Positions 39,240 through 50,469 of a stretch of 64,000 nt of DNA are shown piece by piece. A program made the translations under genes and the position numbers. A model generated the notes under the pieces. That model saw only the letters and a program-made list of their open reading frames with translations. It ran no database searches and was not told the origin of the DNA. Every line of letters begins with the position of its first letter. Position 1 is the stretch's first letter. The DNA is taken from NCBI RefSeq assembly GCF_006345805.1, contig NC_043024.1, positions 7,998,001-8,062,000 of the forward strand, written 5' to 3'. The stretch is from Octopus sinensis (lineage: Eukaryota).

Positions 39240-39588
39240 CTCGGCGGGTTGAGTCGGCTTCTTCTACTCATGGAAGAAGTTTTGTGAGAATATGTGGATT
39301 TCACAAGCAGTCCCCAATAATCCCGCATGTGGAGACATCCTGTTTGCCGCAGATTGTCTGCAGACACAGGGACAGAACAACCGAGGAGCCGCCGGTTGCC
39401 AAAGCAGACACTCCGAGGATTTTCACCAGAGCCCCGTCTACCGGGTTGTGGCCCTAATACCACTCGGTGTCAGACCAATCCGCCTTCGGTGGCCCTACCA
39501 GGAACCGAAGTTCCCGGCGGCATAGCTCTGACACTACCCGTTGCCAGCGTCCCCACCACGGTGAGGAGGGGTGGACTTTGCTTGAAAT
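39240..39588 (-). mobile_element. Orphan RTE-like LINE 5' leader (no RT downstream)
   Basis: GC-rich, hairpin-dense block with cctcctcaccgtggtgggga...gagctatgccgccggg...cctggtagggccacc, resembling RTE 5' UTRs (from recall). Confidence 0.5.
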
Positions 39589-40789
39589 AATATCACATCC
39601 GCGCACACACACATACACACACACACACACACACATTGGTGTGCCTAAAGTCACAAAGTATAAAAATGCAGATGGTGTAACAACTAAGCCACCAGATTCT
39701 GTTCATAGATTGCAATATGCATTTAGACCAGTGGTTCTCAACCCTAACCCTGAAAGCCAAGGAGTTTTGTGCATTATATTATACATAAACACATACACAT
39801 ATATATTTCTTTACTACCCACAAGGGACTAAACACAGAAGGGACAAACAAGGACAGACAAAGGGATTAAGTCGATTACATCAACCCCAGTGCGTAACTGG
39901 TACTTAATTTAAAGGCGGCGAGCTGGCAGAAACGTTAGCACGCCGGGCGAAATGCGTAGCCGTATTTCGTCTGCCGTTATGTTGTGAGTTCAAATTCTGC
40001 CGAGGTCGACTTTACCTTTCATCCTTTCAGGGTCGATAAATTAAGTACCAGTTACGCACTGGGGTCAATGTAATCGACTTAATCCGTTTGTCTGTCCTTG
40101 TTTGTCTCTATGTTTAGCCCCTTGTGGGTAGTAAAGAAGTAAGAATTCAGATTTGGTTTTATTTGGTTTTTTTTACTTAAAACAAAATACATACATACAT
40201 GCACACCGGCACAGGCTGAAATAAAACAAAAGGGTCTGGTTTCCATTTCCTCAGCAGTTAGTTGATCGTATACATCTGAGTCGGCTGTCTGCATAGAGTG
40301 TCACACCACTTCATATACTAATATATATATGTGTGTGTATATGTATATACATACACAAACACACATTATACATACATATTATATATATATATATATAAAT
40401 ATAAATCTATATAAACCCCTCTTTGTTGAAGACCCCCTACCTCCCCTTAATAGACTGAATGATGTCCAGAGAAGCGCGAAAGTATCACAGAAACAGGGCC
40501 CATCCGCAGTTGGCCACCAACTCAAACAGATCCCCACTCACAAGACGGCAACTCAAAAGCTTTCAAACCCATATCACTCACTGCGAAGGTTAAGTGAACC
40601 AGCCAGTAGCCCTAGTAGTGCAGGTCAGTAGCCCTTGTTCCTTGTCAGGGACCTTTCCCTCTCTCTCTCTCTATCTCTCTCATTCCCTGTTGTTCATGAA
40701 AATTTTTTTGTGTCAGCTGACTCTTTACTGGTTCAATACCTACAGTATACTCACTGTTATTATATATATACACACGCATACATATACAC

Positions 40790-40827
<38 letters not shown>

Positions 40828-40954
40828 TATATACATACATATGCACATATATATATATATATACACACACACGCATACATATACACATGTGTGTGTGTAT
40901 ATATATATATATATATTATATATATATATATAATATATATACATACATATGCAA

Positions 40955-40997
<43 letters not shown>

Positions 40998-41275
40998 CAT
41001 ATATACACACAAACATATGCACATGCATATATATACACACACACATATACATATACACATACATATGTATACACACACACATACATACATACAAACATTT
41101 GCATACACATATATATACATATATATATACACACACACACATATATACATACACACACACACACACACACACACATATATGCATATATATTTTTTTCATA
41201 GTGGATTTCCACCTTGGCATCCGAAACTCAGAGTTTTATCATGGCTACCGAATAATTGTCACATATTACATTTAC

Positions 41276-41308
<33 letters not shown>

Positions 41309-41849
41309 CACACACACATATACATATACATACACACTCATATTTGTATATCTGTATAATTTATGTGTTCTATGTATGCAGTTATTTGTATGCATGTGTG
41401 TGCATGTATAATGTTATATGTGTAATATATTTGTACCTCTGTGCATATGTGTGAGTATTATCTATGTGTTCTATGTATGCATATTTGTATATATATGTGT
41501 GTGTGTGTAGTGTTTATATATGTATACCTCTCTATATATCTGTGTATCATCTATGTATTCTATGTATGTGCATGCATCATATGCATGTCTGTGTATAATG
41601 TTATGTATACCTTTATGTAAATCTGCATATATCTATGCATTCTGTTTATGCAGGTATGTGTGTATACGCATGCATATCTCTGTGTGTGTTTATAATGTCA
41701 TATATATATATGTATGTATATGTATATCTGTGTATATTGTCTCATATACTCTATGTATGTAGGTGTGTCTGTGTATGCATGCATTTCTTGTATAAGTGTG
41801 TGTCTATTGTTATATGTTTACATGCATGTGTATGTATGTTTGTGTGTGT

Positions 41850-42085
41850 ATGATGAGTGCATTCCCAAACAAATTCTTTATGATGACCTTATAATGGGAA
41901 AGAGGGAAAATAGTAAGCCAAAGAAAAGATGCAAAGACTATTTAAAAAAATCAAATTTGAAATGCTTTAAATTCTGTTACGAAGATTTCGAATCACTTAT
42001 GGCGTATAGGGAAGCTTGGAGAACAGCAATTTGGAGCTGTGTTAAAGATTTTGAGCTTGACACAGTTAAACATGTTGAAATGTAA
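41850..42085 (+). mobile_element. Decayed RTE (BovB-like) RT C-terminus
   Basis: IPKQILYDDLIMGKRENSKPKKRCKDYLK...REAWRTAI. Confidence 0.7.
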
Positions 42086-42494
42086 TGAAATTCCATAAAA
42101 CTGAGAGTGATATCAATTTTGTTATTAGAGTTCCTGATTCATTCTTTAAATGTTTTTGCGCAAAAGCATGCATTTCTCATGCTGGTATGAGATCTTACCA
42201 TTGTGCCCATGTTGGTATGGCTTACTTGAGTTATTGGAATTTCATTCTGTATGATTAGTTGCAGTGTAATGTCTGTTAAACACCAGCACATACTCTTTTA
42301 CTTGTTTCAGTCATTTGACTGCGGCCATGCTGGAGCACCGCCTTTTAGTCAAGTAAATCGACCCCAAGACTTATTCTTTGTAAGCCTAGTACTTATTCTA
42401 TCGGCCTCTTTCGCCGAACCGCTAAGTTATGGGAATGTAAACACACCAGCATCGGTTGTCACATGATGTTGAGGGGACAAACATATACACACAC

Positions 42495-43568
42495 ATCATC
42501 ATCATCATCATCATTTAACGTCCGCTTTCCATGCTAGCATGGGTTGGACGGTTCAACTGGGGCCTGGGGAGCCCGAAAGCTGCACCAGTCCAGTCAGATC
42601 TGGCAGTGTTTCTACAGCTGGATGCCCTTCCTAACGCCAACCACTCCGAGAGTGTAGTGGGTGATTTTATGTGCCACCGACACAGGTGCCAGACGAGGCT
42701 GGCAAACGGCCACGCTCGGATGGTGTTTTTATGTGCCACCGACACAGGTGCCAGACGAGGCTGCAGACGGCCACGCTCGGATGGTGTTTTTATGTGCCAC
42801 CGACACAGGTGCCAGACGAGGCTGGCAGACGGCCACGCTCGGATGGTGTTTTTATGTGCCACCGACATAGGTGCCAGACGAGGCTGGCAGACGGCCACGC
42901 TCGGATGGTGTTTTTATGTGCCACCGACACAGGTGCCAGACGAGGCTGGCAGACGGCCACGCTCGGATGGTGTTTTTTTATGTGCCACCGACACAGGTGC
43001 CAGACAAGGCTGGCAGACGGCCACGCTCGGATGGTGTTTTTATGTGCCACCGACACAGGTGCCAGACGAGGCTGGCAGACGGCCACGCTCGGATGGTGTT
43101 TTTATGTGCCACCGACACAGGTGCCAGACGAGGCTGGCAGACGGCCACGCTCGGATGGTGTTTTTTATGTGCCACCGACACAGGTGCCAGACAAGGCTGG
43201 CAGACGGCCACGCTCGGATGGTTTTTTTTTATGTGCCACCGACACAGGTGCCAGACGAGGCTGGCAGACGGCCACGCTCGGATGGTGTTTTTATGTGCCA
43301 CCGACACAGGTGCCAGATGAGGCTGGCAAACGGCCACGATCGGATGGTGCTTGTTACGTGCCCACAGCACGGAGGCCAGTCGATGCGGTACTGGCTACGG
43401 CCACGTTCGGATGGTTTTCTTATGTGCCACGTGCCACCGGCACTGGTACCACAAAGATACAAATTCCATTGATGTTCATCTATTTTGATTTGTTTTGATT
43501 TTCACTTGTCTCAACAGGTCTTCACAAGTGTCACAAGAAGGAAGGTATGCACAGGTGGACTGAATACG
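42495..43568 (-). mobile_element. Retroposon family C with (ATG)n tail and an internal 62-bp VNTR (11 units here); other copies near 9775+, 14805-, 26485-, 30890-, 35345+, 43860+, 44490-, 53925-
   Basis: Shared 3' end gtggttggcgttaggaagggcatccagc...ggacgttaaa(cgatgat)n; tandem units at 42672-43340. Confidence 0.85.
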
Positions 43569-43613
<45 letters not shown>

Positions 43614-44769
43614 TATATATGACGGGCTTCTTTCAGTTTCCGTCTACCAAATCCACTCACAAGGCTTTGGTCGGCTCGAAGCTATAGTAGAAGACACTTG
43701 CCTAAGGTGCCACGCAGTGGGACTGTACCCAGAACCATGTGGTTCGTAAGCAAGCTACTTACCACACAGCCACTCCTACGCCTATATTTGAATATTCATA
43801 ATAAACAAGTGGAAAATGGTTTCTTTCAGTTTCCAGTTACCAAATCCATGCCTGTGCAGTGCCACGTGAAAGTGTCCATGTGGTGTTACATAAAAGCACC
43901 CGGCGCACTCTGTAAAGTGGTTGGTGTTGGGAAGGGCATCCAGCTGTAGAAACCACGCCAAATCAGACTGGAGTCTGGTGCAGTTCCGGTCATACTGTCC
44001 AACCCATGGACAACAGGCGTTAAATGATGATGATGCTGATGCATAAAACTTTAGTCAGCCTGGAGCTGTAAGCAGAAGACACTTGCCCAAGGTGCTGTGC
44101 CAAGAGAATGAACATTCGTGATCAAGCTTTTTGCCACACAGCCATACCTATATGCCAGTGGTTCTCAATCAGTGTCCATATAAGATTTGTTAGAATTTAT
44201 GGGCAATAAATTGCTTATACTCCTACAATACAGCTAAGTTTAAAGCAAAAACAAATTTTATCTTGATGCGTAATAATTATTGCCCTTAAAACATGGTTGT
44301 TCCGTAGGAATTGACATTACTACTATCTTAACTCTAGGAGGATGCCTTCTCCAGCAGGGTATTTGATGCAGCCTGCATCTGATTTTATCTTGATACAACA
44401 CGTTGTTCAACACTATACTCACATGCACACACTTGAAGCCATGTTCAAACAGACAGACACACACACACTTCATGTTCATATTCAACACCACCACCATCAT
44501 CATTATTTAACATCCATTGTCCATGCTGGCATGTGTTGGGCAGTGTGACCAGAGCTGGGGAGCTGCGTCAGGCTCCTGTCTGATTATGTATGGTTCCTAC
44601 AACTGGATGCCCTTTCTAATGCCAACCACTTTACAAAGTGTACTGGGTGCTTTTATGTGGCACCACACGGGTGCTCTTATGTGGTGCCACACGGGTGCTC
44701 TTATGTGATGCCACATCGGTTCTCTTATGTGCTGCCATGAGTGCTTTACACCACTAGAAGGACCAGTCT

Positions 44770-45827
44770 TAACATGTCTATTGCACAGTACAGGTCTTCT
44801 TGAGTACAGCAAGGCGCCAGACATTTCAGTCCTTTGTCATCTCAACCTAAAGGTTCTGCATCCTGAGGTCGTTATTCTGTACTTCATCCATGTCTTCCTG
44901 GGTCTTTGTGTTCCATCCTCTTTGAAAAATCAGCTCTTCTTTATGGAGTTGTTGGCATCCATCTGAATTCCATGATCAAACCAGGACAGTCTTCTCTCTT
45001 TTTATACAGCGACGAATTCCTCTTATGCCTAACTTCTCTCTCAAAGCATTAGCACTCCAGTGGAGCATCCTAGCTTCATTCCTTTCTAAGCATTGCATGT
45101 CCTCTGCATTTAGTGCCTATGTCTCACTACCATGTAGAATTTCTGCTCATTTACATGCATTGTACAGTCTTCCTTTCACTCAGCGAGAAAAACCATTTGT
45201 GGCTAACAGACGTAACCATTCTCTGAATTTCCTCCATCCTGTTCTTATTCTAGCTATCATACTCTCTGTGCATCGTCCCCCACTACTAATTTGGTCCCCT
45301 TGATAGTAGAAATTATTTACTATCTCTAATGAGCCACCAGGGCATTTGAGGGAATCAGTTTCCCGGGTCTTTAAAGTTTTTATTGATTCTGTGCATGTTT
45401 TCCACATACAAAAACTATCTTCTCAGATAACCTTCCTATTAATCCACTGCACCTCTAGTCTGTCCATAACTTACCCTGGCTATACCATATGGAGTTTCCT
45501 GCAAATTGAACAAAGCCACCTACTTACCTGAGTGGGGTAGGTCCTGTCAGTTGCTTTGCTTACTAGGACCTTAGTCTTTGCTAAGTTAACCATAAGGCCC
45601 TAAGATTCCAGGTTTTGCTTCCACACCTGGAATTTCTCTTCTAGCTATGATATGGAACCTGCTATGAGGGCAAGATCGTCAGCATACAGTAGTTCCCAGA
45701 GGCTGCCGATCTTGAATTCTTCTGTTATGTCCCGCAGGACAATGATGAAAAGAAGAGGGACTAAGGACTTGACGAGCCCCTATCTGTAAACAAAATTCTT
45801 CCCTGTACACGTGGTTAACTCTCAGCA
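44770..45827 (-). mobile_element. Decayed RTE-X-like LINE reverse transcriptase fragment
   Basis: VLSPLLFIIVL...LWELLYADDLALIA; GDQISSGGRCTESMIARIRTGWRKFRE; C-terminal RPRKTWDEV...VWRLAVLKK. Confidence 0.85.
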
Positions 45828-45867
45828 CCACACAAACATGTTCTCACTCACACACACACACACTCGA

Positions 45868-46075
45868 CACCATGTTCACACACTCAAACACTCGACACCA
45901 TGCTCACATGCTTGTTACCATGTTCACACACTCAAACACTCGACACCATGCTCACATGCTTGTTACCATGTTCACACACGCACACACTCGACACCATGCT
46001 CACATGCTTGTTACCATGTTCACACACGCACACACTCGACACCATGCTCACATGCTTGTTACCATGTTCACACAT
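45868..46075. repeat. 48-bp minisatellite, about 4 copies
   Basis: accatgttcacacactcaaacactcgacaccatgctcacatgcttgtt repeats. Confidence 0.88.
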
Positions 46076-46298
46076 GCACACACTCCACATGTTCATTCAC
46101 ACTCAATCAAAACCATATTCACATTCAACACTATGCTTGCATGTGCACACACACACACACATGCACACACTTAACTTTGTTTATATATACACTTTACACT
46201 GTACTCACACTCTCCACACTATGCTTACACATTCAATGCTATGTTTATGCACTCAACATTTTGTTCACTTGCACACTTAACATGTCCGCACGCACGCA

Positions 46299-46329
<31 letters not shown>

Positions 46330-46807
46330 ACGCCAGACTTAGACACTTATCACCACATTCACGTCTGCACCACCAGCCCTCTTCCTCCACCACCACACAA
46401 ACACTTAAGACACCTGTAATTGCACTAACCTCACCCGCTTATCCAGTTTCAATATTAGTAACTGATAGTGTAGGGTGCATTGCACTTCTTCTTCCTCCTC
46501 CTCCTCTTCCTCCTCCTAACACTGACTGAAGTGACTTGTGGTTGATACAACGCCTTAAGTGGATCTCTTGATACAGGTTGCTTCATACAGGTTTATGGTC
46601 AAGGAGTGCTATACATACATATATATATATGCTCATACACATGCACACACACACACATATATATATATATAAACTTGACACATTTACATGCATATTTTAT
46701 ACACACATTTACCTGCATGTGTGCATACATGCACAGACAATTCCAAGCATATTGTCTGTATGTAACATTATACGTACGTATACACACATATTTGCATATG
46801 TCCACAC

Positions 46808-46898
<91 letters not shown>

Positions 46899-48305
46899 TG
46901 CATATTGGTGACTCTTTTATTTTGATCTGCGCTGTTGGTTATTTAGTGACTTACAGATTGGACTCAGCATAGTTTAAACTCTTTACTTTATTAACTACAC
47001 TCTCATCATCATTGGTCGACCGTGGTCGAGACAATGGAATTTACCATGCTACGCCAGACTTCACGGTCCATCACAGCATTACGGAGGTCCTGTTGCTGGA
47101 TGCCTGTATCCCTGGAGATTACATCAGGGTAGGAGAGTGTGCGTCCTCTGGTATCGCGAGCAGATGGCTTCCAGTGTTGACTATGATATGTATAGAAACT
47201 ATTGAGGATACATGGCTTAGTGGGCAGAGTATTGCACTTATGATCTCAAGGTCTTGGTTTCAATTCCTGGATCGGGTGCCGTGTTGTTTTTTTGAGCAAA
47301 ACAGTTCATCTCATGTTGCTCTCTGATCACTTTAACGCCTGCCATGTGGTACACCATGCACCTGTTTAGTCAACATAGATTTGATGGAGGGGTGAACTGA
47401 TATACAACACAGACATTCAATTTCTTGACTACCCACAAGGGGCTAAACACAGAGAGGACAAACAAGGGCAGACAAATGGATTAAGTCGATTATATCGACC
47501 CCAGTGCGTAACTGGTACTTATTTAATCGACCCCGAAAGGATGAAAGGCAAAGTTGACCTTGGCAGAATTTGAACACAGAACGTAGCAGCTGATGAAATA
47601 CGGCTACTCATTTTGCCTGGCGTGCTAACGGTTCTGCCAGCTCACCGCCTTTTTAACACAGATATTCAGTCACTATAAACAGGTCATTCGTGCAAATAGT
47701 TCAGTAGGAAATTGCAGCACCATTTTTCTCAAAACTACAAGAGACTACCTTCATCATCATCATGATCATCATCATTGTTTGAAACCAGGTGAAAGAAGCT
47801 CCGTATTGAGTCTAGCCTGGTTGGGTTTCCATTTCCAGTTATGATTGTTTCATTTCTCTAACACTTAATTCTTTTTAGCATCTGAGGGACCTTCTGTCCC
47901 TGAGACCAGCTTAAATCTTGGGGAAAATAAGGACTCATTTCTTATACTCTGTGTGTGTGTGCATGCATGTGCTGTGTGTATATGTGTGTGTGTGTGTATG
48001 CAACATGCCAGGTAAATTGAATCAAGCATCCTGTCAGTGAATCGCTGCCTTTACATCATTTAAGACTATTGTGTTAAATCTTGTGAGTGGCACTTGAGTT
48101 AGTTGGGCTTGGTGGGTTCTTGGGTTGATTGATTTGGTCAGATTGATATAGCTGACCTCGACAGATTTGACTTGGCTGGGGAAAAGGATGGCTGGACAAA
48201 TTGAGTCAGTTAACTTGAGTAAATTGAAATGGATAGACTGGGCAAATCGAGACATTTGAACTGGGCAAATTGTGATGGTTTAACCCTGAGCAAATAGAGA
48301 GGTTT

Positions 48306-48625
48306 GACCCTGGGTAAACCGAGACAGTGTGACCCTGGGCAAACCGAGACGGTGTGACCCTGGGTAAACCGAGACGGTGTAACCCTGGGCAAACCGAGAC
48401 GGTGTGACCCTGGGCAAACCGAGACGGTGTGACCCTGGGCAAACCGTGATGGTGTGACCCTGGGCAAACCGAGACGGTGTGACCCTGGACAAACCGAGGC
48501 GGTGTGACCCTAGGCAAACCGAGACGGTGTGACCCTGGGCTACCGAGACGGCGTGACCCTGGGCAAACCGAGACGGCGTGACCCTGGGCAAACCGAGACG
48601 GTTTGATCCTGGGCAAATCGTGATG
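48306..48625. repeat. 25-bp minisatellite (gaccctgggcaaaccgagacggtgt), about 13 copies
   Basis: Direct inspection of the periodicity; degenerate units on both flanks. Confidence 0.92.
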
Positions 48626-49289
48626 AGTTGACTCCACCAGGCACTTTGAAGCATTTGATTTTAAGTAGATTGACGCAATTAGTTGATCTGGGCAAATCGA
48701 GACAGTCATTTATGGGCAAATTTATGTGGCTGGTTTGAGTATTCTCCTAAATTTTCCCAAAATACTAACTTAACACAAGATAGCTGTAATGATGGAAATT
48801 AAGGTAGCTGTTTTGGGTAAAGTGAGAGGGGGTTAATTCAGGAAACTGGAGATAGTTGGGACAACATTTTACAAATTCTGAGATGAGAGAAGATTCTTTA
48901 ATAAAGTATGTGTTTCTATATTTATTTAGAAACCGAGAAATAGGTAGAGTATTTGAAGTGTGCCTTCACTGTCTTTGTTACATAGTTTTGATACATAAAA
49001 TATGATGTTGTGACATTCATGCCTTTCTTAATGATTTAGGTGATGTGGGGGAATACCTATGATTAACTTGGTTTATCAAAGTCTGAGTCTTTATCTTAAT
49101 GTAATCTGTGTTTTGAATTAGTAAATGAGCTTTTTGATGTTGCTTGATGAAATATTCTTGTCACTGTCATCACCACCACTAACACTGTCATCGTCATCAC
49201 CGTCATTGCTTTACTACTGCCACCACCACTACTGTTATTGCTATTCATGTTATCACTACCACCATCGCCACTGCTACCACCACACAACC

Positions 49290-49710
49290 ATCACTGCTAC
49301 CACCATCACCACCTCTATCCCCACAACCATTACTACTATCACTGCTACCACCGCCACTATCATTACTGCTATTTCTGTCACCACTACCGCCATCTCTACC
49401 ATTACCACTAACCACCAATACTACCATCATTACCTTACCATCACCATTACCACCATCACCACCTCTATCTCCACAACCATTACTACTACCACCGCCACTA
49501 TCATTACTGCTATTGCTGTCACCACTACCGCCATCTCTACCATTACCACTAACCACCAATACTACCATCATTACCTTACCATCACCATTACCACCATCAC
49601 CACCTCTATCTCCACAACCATTACTACTACCACCGCCACTATCATTACTGCTATTGCTGTCACCACTACCGCCATCTCTACCATTACCACTAACCACCAA
49701 TACTACCACT
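49290..49710. repeat. 141-bp ACC/TAC-rich tandem repeat, about 3 copies
   Basis: accaata recurs at 49414, 49555 and 49696. Confidence 0.85.
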
Positions 49711-50421
49711 ATAATCCCTATCACATTACAATCACTAACTGCCCTCATCTTCAAGGGTTACCATGGATTTCTTTTTCTTTTTTTTTTTTAAGTTTGACAT
49801 CAGAGTGAAAAATATGTTCTTGGGGCTTTGTCAGAATTTGGAAATATTTTAACCCTTTAGCATTCAGTCAGATGTAAATGCTTATTTATCCATATTGCTT
49901 TGAATTCATCTTGCATTATTTCATAGTGGCTTTGAAGTTTCAATGAGGTGATTGTTTATTTTTAGAATGACATTGTAGGGTAGGTGTGAGAAGCTGGATC
50001 TGGGTAGTTTTGAACTCATCATGCATTACCTCATAGCTTTGAGCTTTCAAAGAAGTGATTCCGAAAGATTCCGAGTTCGATTCCAAGCAGTGACCTAAAT
50101 AATAATAATAATAATAATAATAACAACATCAAAAAATACCTATTTCTTTACTACCCACAAGAGGTTAAACACAGAGAGGACAAACAAGGACAGACAAATG
50201 GATTAAGTCGATTATATCGACCCCAGTGCGTAACTGGTACTTATTTAATCGACCCCGAAAGGATGAAAGGCAAAGTCGACGATGGCGGAATTTGAACTCA
50301 GAACGAAACGGCAGACGAAATACGGCTACGCATTTCGCCCGGCGTGCTAACGGTTCTGCCAGCTCGCTGCCTACATCAAAAAATACCTCAGGAATGAGAA
50401 CCCAGATTCGAAATTTCTCCA

Positions 50422-50469
50422 TGACACCTGATGAAGGCTGGAGGGTATATCAGCCGAAACGTTGTGTTA
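50422..50469 (+). ncRNA. Minimal PLE-type hammerhead ribozyme with canonical core (HHR3)
   Basis: UGACAC-CUGAUGA-A-GGCUG(GAGGGUAUAU)CAGCC-GAAA-CG-UU-GUGUUA. Confidence 0.82.

Noticed and set aside
39440-39465. gtggtattagggccac resembling the start of a pistol ribozyme
   Set aside because: The pseudoknot partner CCCUAA and the rest of the consensus are absent.
40440-40495. CUGAAUGAUG...CGAAAG hammerhead-like string (a similar one lies near 30100)
   Set aside because: Core spacing is wrong and stems I and II do not pair convincingly.
42531-43498. 275-313 aa repetitive ORFs
   Set aside because: Produced by the 62-bp VNTR; frames shift with T-run length and no domain is recognisable. Not CRISPR, because there are no unique spacers.
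49125-49808. Thr-rich mucin-like 227-aa ORF with an in-frame 141-nt repeat
   Set aside because: ACC/TAC simple-repeat origin, no convincing splice sites, and not needed for ZMYM phase continuity.
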